From positions 64,001 to 128,000 of the forward strand of contig JAZAMN010000016.1 of assembly GCA_036229005.1 (NCBI GenBank): a DNA stretch of 64,000 nt, in the 5' to 3' direction. This document shows, one piece after another, positions 50,433 through 58,931 of the stretch (positions within the stretch are counted from its first letter, which is position 1; each line of letters begins with the position of its first letter). Source of the DNA: Myxococcota bacterium. Its GTDB lineage: Bacteria > Myxococcota_A > UBA796 > CAJQPC01. The position numbers and the translations under genes are program-made. The notes below the pieces were generated by a model. The model ran no database searches. It saw only the letters and a list, made by a program, of their open reading frames with translations, and was not told the DNA's origin.

Positions 50433-51302
50433 ATGACCGCCACCGATCCGATCCCCTTCGACGAGGCCCCCCGCGGCAGCGGCACCCCCCACGGGGTCAA
50501 GGGCATCGCCGACCTGCTGGAGTCCCAGGGTGTGGACGCCAGCTCCGACCTCTACGACGAGGCCGTGGTCCTGGCCCGGCAGGGACACCTGGGGCGCGCC
50601 CGCGACCGCCTGCGGATGCTGCTGTGCCTGGACCCCCACGACGCCCAGGCCCACCTGCTGCTGGGCAAGGTCTTCGGCGCCCAGAAGCGCTGGAGCGATG
50701 CCCTCAAGGAGGTCGACGCCGCCGCCGCCTGTGGCCTGCGCGTGGACCCCACCCTCAAGGGCCAGCTCGAGGCCGCTCGCGACGCCTCCCGCGATGACCA
50801 GGCCCGCAGCGAGCGCATCTCCGCCCGCACTGCGGAAGAGGTCCGCGCCCTCCGCGACGAGGCCCGCCGGCTCCGTGCCGAGAACACCCGCCTGGAGCGC
50901 CTGCACAAGGAGTCCAGCGACAAGGCGAGGCTCTGGATGAGCGCCACCGTCGTGGCCGCTGTCATCGGCTTGCTGGGCGTGGTCCTGAGCGTCGGATTCG
51001 GCAGCGCAGACGAGGTCACCGAGCCCGCTGCCGCCTCCGAGCCCACCGCTCTGGAGGCCCCCCAGGCTCCCGCCGCGCTGGACGCCGTCCCCGGCGCCGA
51101 CCGCACGCCCCCTCCCCAGCTCGCCCCTGCGCCCCCCGCGCAGTCGCGGAGCTACACCGTCCGCAGCGGAGACTCCCTGGCGGGGATCTCCCTCAAGGTC
51201 TACGGCACCGAGGCTCGGTGGAAGGACCTGCAGGACGCCAACCCCAAGCTGGGTGGGGGCACCGCCCTCCAGCCCGGCATGGAGCTGGTCGTGCCTGACT
51301 GA
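50433..51302 (+). CDS. TPR + coiled-coil + TM + LysM protein
   Basis: TPR-like helices (LCLDPHDAQAHLLLGKVF), coiled coil, one TM, Pro/Ala linker, LysM YTVRSGDSLAGIS..YG....W..L..AN...LQPGMELVVP. Confidence 0.88.
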   Translation: MTATDPIPFDEAPRGSGTPHGVKGIADLLESQGVDASSDLYDEAVVLARQGHLGRARDRLRMLLCLDPHDAQAHLLLGKVFGAQKRWSDALKEVDAAAACGLRVDPTLKGQLEAARDASRDDQARSERISARTAEEVRALRDEARRLRAENTRLERLHKESSDKARLWMSATVVAAVIGLLGVVLSVGFGSADEVTEPAAASEPTALEAPQAPAALDAVPGADRTPPPQLAPAPPAQSRSYTVRSGDSLAGISLKVYGTEARWKDLQDANPKLGGGTALQPGMELVVPD

Positions 51303-51351
51303 TTTCGAGTTGTGGAGGTGCGGGGCGATGAGCGCTCCCCTCCCCCCGGCA

Positions 51352-51504
51352 GGTCCCAGTGCCAGGGACCGCCGTGGCCGCCCGGAGGCCGACCTGGGAT
51401 TGTGCCCCCAGGTCGGCCTTCTTTCTGCGGGGCAGAAAGAAGTTGTTTTGTGGGGGACAAGGTCCCCCACACCCCCTGTACGAACTCCCCAAAGGGGGAG
51501 TTCG
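51352..51504. other. Cluster of five back-to-back inverted repeats (may include the terminator of the LysM gene)
   Basis: Stems: 51352-51370 (6 bp), 51386-51419 (13 bp), 51418-51442 (11 bp), 51450-51470 (9 bp), 51481-51504 (10 bp). Confidence 0.75.
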
Positions 51505-52375
51505 GCTCGGCCCAGGTATGGCCCTCGCGGGATTCGGGGCCGGCGCGACGGAGCTCCGACACCGGTCGGGCGCGCAGGCCACAGAAAACCAGAGCGCGCA
51601 TCCCAAGGCCCGCCTTGAGAAGCACTCTGGCCACCGGAGCCGAGGGGCCTCCAAGCCCCGCCTTGAGCAGTACGCCGGCCTCCACGGGAAAGAGTGTTGA
51701 GCCGCCGGACAAGGGCCCCCACACCCCCTGTACGAACTCCCAAAAGGGGGAGTTCGGCTCGGCCCAGGAATGGCCCTCGCGGGATTCGCGGCCGGCGCGA
51801 CGAGCTGCCGACCAGGGTCGGGCGCGCCGGCCTCCGAATCCGAGAGGGGGCACCCCAAGGCCCGCCTTGAGAAACACTCTGGCCACCGGAGCCGAGGGGC
51901 CTCCAAGCCCCACCTTGAGCAGTACGCCGGCCTCCACGGGAAGGAGGGTTGAGCCGCCGGAGTTCGGCTCGGCACAGGCATGGCCCTCGCGGGATTCGGG
52001 GCCGGCGCAACGAGCTGCCGACCAGGGTCGGGCGCGCCGGCCTCCGAATCCGAGGGGGGTCCCGAGGCCCGCCTTGGGCAGCAAGATGGCCTCCGGAGCC
52101 GAGGGGGCCCCAAGCCCCACCTTGAGCAGTACGCCGGCCACCGAATCCGGGGGACGGGCTCGGGGCAACGAAGAGGTCCATGCGGCCGGACAAGGTCCCC
52201 CACGCCGCCTGTGCGGGCTCTCCAAAGGGGGAGTTCGGCTCGGCCCAGGCAAGGGCTCTCGCGGGATTCGCGGCCGGCGCGACGGAGCTCCGACCAGGGT
52301 CGGGCGGGACGGCCTCCGAATCCGAGGGAGGCTCCCAAGCCCACGTTGAGCAGCACGCTGGCCTCCGAATCCAGG
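51455..52375. repeat. Long imperfect tandem repeat, about 4 units of 210-270 bp
   Basis: Anchor GAGTTCGGCTCGGC at 51498, 51750, 51960, 52231; TCGCGGGATTCG and GTCGGGCG recur in every unit. Confidence 0.9.
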
Positions 52376-52523
52376 TGACGGGCCTCCCGCCCGGCGAGCC
52401 ACCAGGGCGGCCCTGCTCTCGCCCCACCCGGGGAGCTATTCCTCGCTTGCAGCGGGTTCGCCTGCGGCCACACGGACGGCCCGGATCAGGGTCACGATCG
52501 CCGACCCCGGGGGCCCAGCACAC

Positions 52524-52716
52524 ACCTGACCTCCGATGCCTGATACCCGAGCCCCCCAGGCCCCTGACCTCAGAGACCCGAGCCCCCACCAAGTCGGCTG
52601 CCACCAACCCCCGCCCCCCTCTCCAAGGCCATCGCCGGTCCCCGGTCGCCGGTCTCCGGTCGCCGCGCCCCGCCCCCACCGACACCTGACCTCCGATACC
52701 CGATACCCGATACCCG
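52524..52716. repeat. Heptamer-repeat composite element (CCTGACC/CCGATAC, CCGGTCN)
   Basis: ccgatac x3 near 52693-52713; ccggtcN x4 at 52635-52663; AAGTCGGCTGCCACCA shared with ~5720. Confidence 0.72.
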
Positions 52717-52744
52717 GCGCCCCCAGGCCCCAGGCCCCCCGAGG

Positions 52745-54499
52745 CTAAACCAGCCCCTCCAACGCCTCCAGATCCGCCTCCAGCGGCGCGATCGCCTGCC
52801 ACCACACCTCGGGATCCCGCAGGTCGAGGCCCAAGGTCTCCTGGGCGAGCACCTCGCCCTGCTGCCAGCCGGTGCGGCGGAGCAGCTCGACGTAGTCGGC
52901 GTGGGCCTCCTGACCGCCCTCCAGCACGCGCCGGTAGACGAGCTGCGCGAAGAGGTAGCCGTAGGTGTAGGGGTAGTTGTAGAAGGAGCGCCCGGAGATG
53001 TAGAAGTGGAGCTTGGAGGCCCAGAAGCTGGGATCCCAACTCCTCAGGGCGCCGCGGTACCAGTCCCGCTGCAGGGACTCCATCTCACCAGCGAGGACAT
53101 CGGGCTGCAGGGGGCCCTCGCGCCGCAGGGCGTAGAGGCGCCGCTCGAACTCGTAGCGCACGGGGATGTTCATCAGGAAGGACACCCCGGCCATCAGCCG
53201 CGCGTCCAGCATGGAGCGCTTGGAGGCGACGTCGTCCGCGGCCCGCAGCGCCGCGTCCCGCACCAACGACTCCGCGAAGATCGAGGCGGTCTCCGCCAGC
53301 GTGGAGGGCACCTGGCGCCGGAAGGCGGGCAGGTCCCGGATGGCGTGGTTGTGGAAGGCGTGGCCCAGCTCGTGGGCCAGGGTGACCGTGCTGCGGAAGG
53401 TGCCGCCAAAGGTCAGGAAGACCCGCGACTGACCCACCGTGGGGGCGAAGGCACACCAGGCCCCCGGGCGCTTGCCGCCGCGGTCCTCGGCCTCGACCCA
53501 GCCACCGCCGAATGCCCCCTCGGCGAAGGCCCGGAGCTCCGGATGGTAGGCCCCGAAGTTGTCCAGGATGAAAGCCTCGGCCTCCTCCCAGGACTGCGCG
53601 GAGGACTTGGAGGGCAGCGGCGCCGCGAGGTCCTCCCAGCCCATCTGGTCGACGCCCAGAAGCCGGGCCTTGACGCCCAGGTAGCGCTCCAGCATGGGGC
53701 CCGCGCGCCGAGAGGCCTCCAGCATGGCGTCCAGCGAGGCCCGCTCCAGGCGGTTGGCGGCCAGGGTGTCGGCCAGCTCATCCACGCCCCGCCGGTCGTT
53801 GAGCACCTGCCGTGTGCCGGTGATGTGCGTGAGCGCCCGCGCGCAGTCGTCGTAGACGCCCTCCCAAGCCTGGCCCCAAGCCTCGTGGGCGCGGGTGCGG
53901 AGCGCGGCGTCCGTGCTGCCGAAGAGGTTCATGACCTGGGTCGCGCTGAGGGTCTCCCCACCCAGCTCGATCTGCAGGCGGCCGCTCAGTCGGTCGTAGA
54001 CGCGTCCCCAGGCCTGGATGCCGTCGCGGGCCAGCTCCGTCGCCAGCGCCTGCTCCCCCCGGGGCAACAGCAGCCCCGCCTGCTCCCGAGAGCGCTCCAG
54101 CATCGGCCGCATCTCCTCCAGCTCCGGGCGGGCGATCAGCGCCCCGATGGCCTCGCCGTCACCAAAGGCGATGCCGTCCTGGACGGGGACCCAAGCCCGG
54201 GAGATGCGGTTCCAGAGCGCGCCCACCCGCGCAGCCGCTCGCTCCGCCGCCTCATCAAAGGTGTCCGCAGACGCCAGGCAGTGCACGAAGGTGCTCAGGG
54301 TGTGCGTGCGCGTCGACAGCTCCTGGGCCTCCAGCATCCACTGCACCCAGGGCTCCGGGTCGGCGGGGGCGCCGAGGGCCTCCGCACGCGTGACCAGCTC
54401 CTCCGCGCGCGCCTCCAGGCCAGCGGCCTCGTTCGCGAATGCCTCGCCACCCAGTCCCCCCGGAAACAGCGCCTCCAGATCCCATCGCGGTGCGTTCAT
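52745..54499 (-). CDS. M3 family oligoendopeptidase (PepF-like)
   Basis: GGAGG RBS; WDLEALF, GKRPGAWC, TLAHELGHAFH, LAETASIFAE, KLHFY...FYNYPYTYGYLF. Confidence 0.94.
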   Translation of the reverse strand: MNAPRWDLEALFPGGLGGEAFANEAAGLEARAEELVTRAEALGAPADPEPWVQWMLEAQELSTRTHTLSTFVHCLASADTFDEAAERAAARVGALWNRISRAWVPVQDGIAFGDGEAIGALIARPELEEMRPMLERSREQAGLLLPRGEQALATELARDGIQAWGRVYDRLSGRLQIELGGETLSATQVMNLFGSTDAALRTRAHEAWGQAWEGVYDDCARALTHITGTRQVLNDRRGVDELADTLAANRLERASLDAMLEASRRAGPMLERYLGVKARLLGVDQMGWEDLAAPLPSKSSAQSWEEAEAFILDNFGAYHPELRAFAEGAFGGGWVEAEDRGGKRPGAWCAFAPTVGQSRVFLTFGGTFRSTVTLAHELGHAFHNHAIRDLPAFRRQVPSTLAETASIFAESLVRDAALRAADDVASKRSMLDARLMAGVSFLMNIPVRYEFERRLYALRREGPLQPDVLAGEMESLQRDWYRGALRSWDPSFWASKLHFYISGRSFYNYPYTYGYLFAQLVYRRVLEGGQEAHADYVELLRRTGWQQGEVLAQETLGLDLRDPEVWWQAIAPLEADLEALEGLV

Positions 54500-54640
54500 G
54501 CTCAACCTCCCTTGTCGTGGCTCGTCGCGCGCTCACCCAGTGTGACGGACGCGGAGCCGGAGAGTCGCACACTGCGGCGCCCCCTGGCGACCCGGCGGAG
54601 CAGAGCCCAGCGGACGTCGACCTCGGGGTATCCTTCGCCC

Positions 54641-55873
54641 ATGCAGCGCATCGAGCAGATCCACAGCCTCATCGAGGCCGAGATGGCCGGCCTCCCGGTC
54701 CAGGAGCACGACCCCAGCCAGGGCCTGCCGCTACAGGTCGTGAGCTTCGGCGCCGCCGAGGTCAACGCCGCCATGGACTGCCTGATCTCCACCTGGGTCA
54801 CCATGGGCGCGCAGGTCCAGGCCTTCGAGTCGGAGTGGGCCCAGTGGTGCGGGGCGGAGCACGGGGTCATGTGCAACTCGGGCTCCTCGGCCAACCTCCT
54901 GATGCTGGGGGCCCTCGTCGAGACCGGGAGGCTGCAGCCCGGCGACGAGGTGCTGGTGCCCGCTGTCGCATGGAGCACCTCATTGTTCCCCGTGGAACAG
55001 TGCGGCCTGACCCCCGTCCTGGTGGACGTGGACGCTGATACACTTTGCATCAGCCCCAGCGCCGCGGCCGCCGCGCTCACCCCCCGGACCAAGGCTGCGT
55101 TGGCCGTACACATGTTGGGTCAGCCGGCCCCCGTGGGCGCGCTGCAGGACCTGGGTCTGCTGGTGGTGGAGGACGCCTGCCCCGCTCCGGGCGCGGGCAT
55201 CGATGGGCTGGGCCGCGCCGGCGCGATGGGCACCGCGGGCAGCTTCTCCTTCTTCTTCTCCCACCACATCACCACGGTGGAGGGCGGCATCGTCGTGTGT
55301 CAGGACCGGGACCTGGCCGACGCCATGCGCAGCCTGCGGGCGCACGGCTGGGTGCGGGAGCGCTCGGACAAGGACGCGCTGATCGCCCAGAGTCCGGAGA
55401 TCGACCCCCGCTTCCTGTTCGTGAGCCGCGGCTGGAACCTGCGCCCCACCGAGATGGCGGGGGCCATGGGCCGCATCCAGCTCCAGCGCCTGGAGCCCTG
55501 GCTGGAGCGACGTCGCACAAACCACCGGGAGTGGAACGCCCTGCTCGCGCACCTGGCCCCCAAGGTGCAGACCCTGCCTCTGCACGCCGGCCAGACCCAC
55601 GCGGCGTTCGCCTACCCCCTGATCCTGGCGCCCGGCATCGACCGCGCCCGCGTCATGGCCCACCTGGAGTCCCGCAAGATCTCCACGCGGCCCATCTCCG
55701 GCTCGAACCTGGCGCGGCAGCCAGCCTTTGAGCGGGTCCCCGGGGCGCGCGTCTCGGGTGCGTTGCCCGTCTCGGACACAGTCCATGAGCGCGGCTTCTT
55801 TGTTGGAAACAGTCATGCATTTCATTTGGGCCACGGGCGACTGCTGCTCGCGGCCTTGGAGGAGATCCTGTGA
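54641..55873 (+). CDS. DegT/DnrJ/EryC1/StrS family PLP enzyme, ColD-like GDP-4-keto-6-deoxymannose 3-dehydratase
   Basis: NSGSSANLL, EDAC, SFFFSHHITTVEGG with His at the usual PLP-Lys position, LRAHGW. Confidence 0.8.
   Translation: MQRIEQIHSLIEAEMAGLPVQEHDPSQGLPLQVVSFGAAEVNAAMDCLISTWVTMGAQVQAFESEWAQWCGAEHGVMCNSGSSANLLMLGALVETGRLQPGDEVLVPAVAWSTSLFPVEQCGLTPVLVDVDADTLCISPSAAAAALTPRTKAALAVHMLGQPAPVGALQDLGLLVVEDACPAPGAGIDGLGRAGAMGTAGSFSFFFSHHITTVEGGIVVCQDRDLADAMRSLRAHGWVRERSDKDALIAQSPEIDPRFLFVSRGWNLRPTEMAGAMGRIQLQRLEPWLERRRTNHREWNALLAHLAPKVQTLPLHAGQTHAAFAYPLILAPGIDRARVMAHLESRKISTRPISGSNLARQPAFERVPGARVSGALPVSDTVHERGFFVGNSHAFHLGHGRLLLAALEEIL
54984..54999. promoter_or_regulatory. parS: parS-like site (1 mismatch) within the ColD-like gene
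   Basis: TGTTCCCCGTGGAACA, 15/16 match. Confidence 0.65.
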
Positions 55874-56808
55874 GCGATCCCAAGCGCGTTGTTGTCACTG
55901 GAGGCGCCGGCTACTACGGCAGCCTGGTCATCCGTCACCTGCTGCGCGATGGGTACAAGGTCCACGTGATCGACAACCTGACCTACGGGCCCCACGCCAT
56001 CATGGATCTGTTCATCCATGAGAACTTCTCCTTCACCAAGGGTGACGTGCTGGATGGCGAGCTCCTCAAGCGGGAGCTGGACGGCGCCTGGGGCTGCGTG
56101 CACCTGGCCGCGCTCGTGGGCTACCCGCTGTGCAAGAAGGAGCCGGAGCGCGCGGTCGCGGTCAACGTGCAGGGGACCAAGAACGTGTTGTCCTCGCTGG
56201 ACCCACAGACCAAGCTGATCTACGCGAGCACCGGATCCAACTACGGTGAGGTCGAAGGCATCTGCACCGAAGAGACCCCCCTCAACCCCCTCTCCCTCTA
56301 TGGCGAGACCAAGACCGAGGCCGAGCACCTGTGCATGGCCCGCGGCAACGTGGTGTCCTACAGATTCGCCACCGCCTTTGGACTGTCCCCCCGCCTGCGA
56401 CTGGATCTGATGATCAACGACTTCACCTGGCAGGCCCTGGTGCAGCGCTACCTGGTCGTCTACGAGAAGCACTTCCGCCGCACCTTCATCCACGTCGAGG
56501 ACATGGCGCGCTGCGTGGACTTCACCTTCCACAACTGGGACCGGATGGTGGACGAGGTGTTCAACGTGGGCGACGACTCCATGAACTTCACCAAGGAGCA
56601 GATCGTGCTGATGCTCCAGGAGCGCATCGACTTCATGTGTCACTTCGCCGAGGTCGGCAGCGACGCGGACAAGCGCGACTACGAGGTCAGCTACCAGAAG
56701 ATCCGGGACACCGGCTTCAAGACCAGCATCTCCATGGACCGGGGCGTGCGCGAGCTGGTCAACGGCCTGAGCCTGCTGGAGTTCCGCAAGCCCTACAGCA
56801 ACGTCTGA
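55870..56808 (+). CDS. NAD-dependent epimerase/dehydratase (extended SDR)
   Basis: VTGGAGYYGS, HLAALVG, YGETK (YxxxK), RFATAFGLSPRLRLDL. Confidence 0.92.
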   Translation: MSDPKRVVVTGGAGYYGSLVIRHLLRDGYKVHVIDNLTYGPHAIMDLFIHENFSFTKGDVLDGELLKRELDGAWGCVHLAALVGYPLCKKEPERAVAVNVQGTKNVLSSLDPQTKLIYASTGSNYGEVEGICTEETPLNPLSLYGETKTEAEHLCMARGNVVSYRFATAFGLSPRLRLDLMINDFTWQALVQRYLVVYEKHFRRTFIHVEDMARCVDFTFHNWDRMVDEVFNVGDDSMNFTKEQIVLMLQERIDFMCHFAEVGSDADKRDYEVSYQKIRDTGFKTSISMDRGVRELVNGLSLLEFRKPYSNV

Positions 56809-56818
56809 GGGAGTCTGT

Positions 56819-57736
56819 ATGCGTGTGGTCGTCACCGGAGGCGCGGGCTTCCTGGGCTCCTGGATCGTGGACAAGCTCCGGGCCCGGGGAGACACGGTCG
56901 CTGTCCCCCGCAGCAAGGACTACGACCTGCGCCGCGCGGAGGCCTGCGAGGCCTTGATGCGTGACACAGACCCCGAGTGGGTGATCCACGCCGCCGTGAA
57001 CGGGGGAGGGATCGGATACATGCGCAGCCACGCCGCTGGGGTCATCCACGACAACGTGTTGATGTCCACACACCTGATGGAGGCGGCTCGCATACACGAG
57101 GTGCGTCGATTTGTGGGGATCTCCAGCGTCTGCGCATACCCCCGCATCGTCCCCATCCCGATGCAGGAGCGGGACCTGTTCCAGGGCTACCCCGAGCCCA
57201 ACAACGCCGGCTACGGGCTCTCCAAGCGCCTGATGATGGAGCACGGACGCGCCCTGCACGAGCAGTACGGCATGCAGTGTGTGTTCCCCATGCCCACGAA
57301 CCTGTACGGCCCCCGCGACGACTTCGAGCCCGAGCGCAGCCACGTGGTGCCCGCGCTGATCCGCCGCTGCCTGGAGGCCAAGCAGGCCGGCGCTGCGTCC
57401 ATCACCGCCTGGGGCACCGGCGCGGCCACCCGCGAGCTGCTGTATGTGGAGGACTGCGCGGACGCGGTGATCGCGATGGCCGAGCGCTGGGAGGGTCCCG
57501 AGCCCGTGAACATCGGCAACGGCGAGGAGTTCACCATCAAGCGCCTGGTGGAGACCATCGCCCGGCACACCGGCTTTGAGGGCGAGATCCTCTGGGACAC
57601 CACCAAGCCCGACGGGCAGCCCCGCAAGTGCCTGGACACCTCGCGGGCGGCCCAGGAGCTGGGCTGGAGCGCCCAGGTGGACCTGGACACCGGCCTGCGC
57701 CGCACCATCGACTGGTACCTGGAGACCCGCCCGTGA
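56819..57736 (+). CDS. GDP-L-fucose synthase family protein (Fcl/ColC-like epimerase-reductase)
   Basis: TGGAGFLG, GGIG, SVCAYP, YGLSK, PTNLYGPRDDF, SHVVPALI, WGTG..TRE, KPDGQPRK. Confidence 0.92.
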   Translation: MRVVVTGGAGFLGSWIVDKLRARGDTVAVPRSKDYDLRRAEACEALMRDTDPEWVIHAAVNGGGIGYMRSHAAGVIHDNVLMSTHLMEAARIHEVRRFVGISSVCAYPRIVPIPMQERDLFQGYPEPNNAGYGLSKRLMMEHGRALHEQYGMQCVFPMPTNLYGPRDDFEPERSHVVPALIRRCLEAKQAGAASITAWGTGAATRELLYVEDCADAVIAMAERWEGPEPVNIGNGEEFTIKRLVETIARHTGFEGEILWDTTKPDGQPRKCLDTSRAAQELGWSAQVDLDTGLRRTIDWYLETRP

Positions 57737-58359
57737 GCCTCTGGCCCGCCGACCCCGCCCCCCGCCGCCTGGACCCCACGCAGGGTCCCCGGGCGGAGAT
57801 CTACCGCCACTTCCGCGGCTTCAGCCGGCCCCAGTTCACCCTCTGCGGGCGCATCCAGGTGGGGCTCACCGGTCGGGAGCGCTTCGGCGGGATGCTCTGG
57901 GGTGTCCTCGCCGCCGCCAACGCGGTCCCCGAGCTGCGTCAGCGCATCGTGGTGCGTGACGGTGAGGAGCGGATCGAAGAGCACGCCCAGGTCCACTCCA
58001 CCTGCACCATCGCCACGGAGGAGGGCGGGTTCGTGTTCTGCCCCTTCCCCCACAACCCCGACCGGGCCGCCTTCCTGGACGCGCTCACCCCGAGCATCCA
58101 GGCCGCCCAGGCGCGCGGCACGCTGATGCCCCAGGGCCCCCTGCCCGACAACCTGCTCTACCTGAGCACCGTCCCCTGGGTGGACCTCAGCGGCGTGGAG
58201 CACGCGTCGACCGGCGACCCCCTGGACTGCGTGCCGCGCATCGTCTGGGGGCGCGTCGAGGGCGGGAGCGTCGGGGTCTGCGTGACCGCGCACCACGCGC
58301 TGGTGGATGGGCGACACATCGGCCGCTTCCTGCAGGAGCTGGAGCGGCGCGTCAACTGA
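57733..58359 (+). CDS. CatA-like (chloramphenicol acetyltransferase fold) O-acyltransferase
   Basis: R.EIYRHF, STVPWVD, VPRIVWGR, catalytic HHALVDGRH; GTG overlapping the upstream stop. Confidence 0.85.
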   Translation: MSLWPADPAPRRLDPTQGPRAEIYRHFRGFSRPQFTLCGRIQVGLTGRERFGGMLWGVLAAANAVPELRQRIVVRDGEERIEEHAQVHSTCTIATEEGGFVFCPFPHNPDRAAFLDALTPSIQAAQARGTLMPQGPLPDNLLYLSTVPWVDLSGVEHASTGDPLDCVPRIVWGRVEGGSVGVCVTAHHALVDGRHIGRFLQELERRVN

Positions 58360-58840
58360 CCATCAGCGCGCCGATCGCGGCGGCTCCGACGACCAGCAGC
58401 AGCGTCGCCATCACCATCGCCGTGCGCGTGCGGCTGGGCTGTGCGGCGGCCCGGAGCTGCGACTCCGAGCTCAGCAGAGCCACCTGCAGCTCCTCCTCCA
58501 GCGCCTCCAGCGGCCCCTGTCCCCCAGAGCCCGCCGCGCCCATGGCCAGCGCCGCGTAGATCTGCAGCGGATCGCTGGTCTCGAAGGCCAGCCGGGGCCC
58601 GTGCCCGCCACCCCCCGGCTCCAGAACGCGGGCCACCATGTGTACCGAAGGCCCGCTGCCCAGGCGCAGACGCAGCGCGATGGGCGCGTCCGGGTCCAGC
58701 AAGGGCTCCGGCTTGTGGAGCTGCAGCCCCTCGGCGTCCACGCTCAGCTCCCGCCAGGCGCCTGCGGCGAGCCCCTGGTGCCAGGCGGCGACCAGCTCAT
58801 CTGGGCGGGGTCGGTGGGGTCTGGGCGGGCGGGGGGACAT
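58352..58840 (-). CDS. Hypothetical protein with C-terminal TM anchor (possible PilZ-like domain)
   Basis: ELSVDAEGL...IALRLRL..VHMVARV..LAF pattern; hydrophobic C-terminus. Confidence 0.55.
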   Translation of the reverse strand: MSPRPPRPHRPRPDELVAAWHQGLAAGAWRELSVDAEGLQLHKPEPLLDPDAPIALRLRLGSGPSVHMVARVLEPGGGGHGPRLAFETSDPLQIYAALAMGAAGSGGQGPLEALEEELQVALLSSESQLRAAAQPSRTRTAMVMATLLLVVGAAAIGALMVS

Positions 58841-58931
58841 CGCCCCAGAGAGCGGAACAGCGCCCCCGAGGCTTGAGGGGCGGTGGCGCCGGGAGGGCAA
58901 AAGGGTGATGCTCTCGGAGAAGGAGCCGCCC

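Noticed and set aside
51193..52473. Long overlapping ORFs (426, 400, 345 aa) across the tandem repeat
   Set aside because: They overlap on both strands, look non-protein-like, and repeat units shift frame; treated as by-products of a GC-rich repeat
57733..58359. Acquired chloramphenicol resistance gene
   Set aside because: Host-like GC and codon usage, no mobile context, divergent sequence; only the fold and catalytic motif are supported
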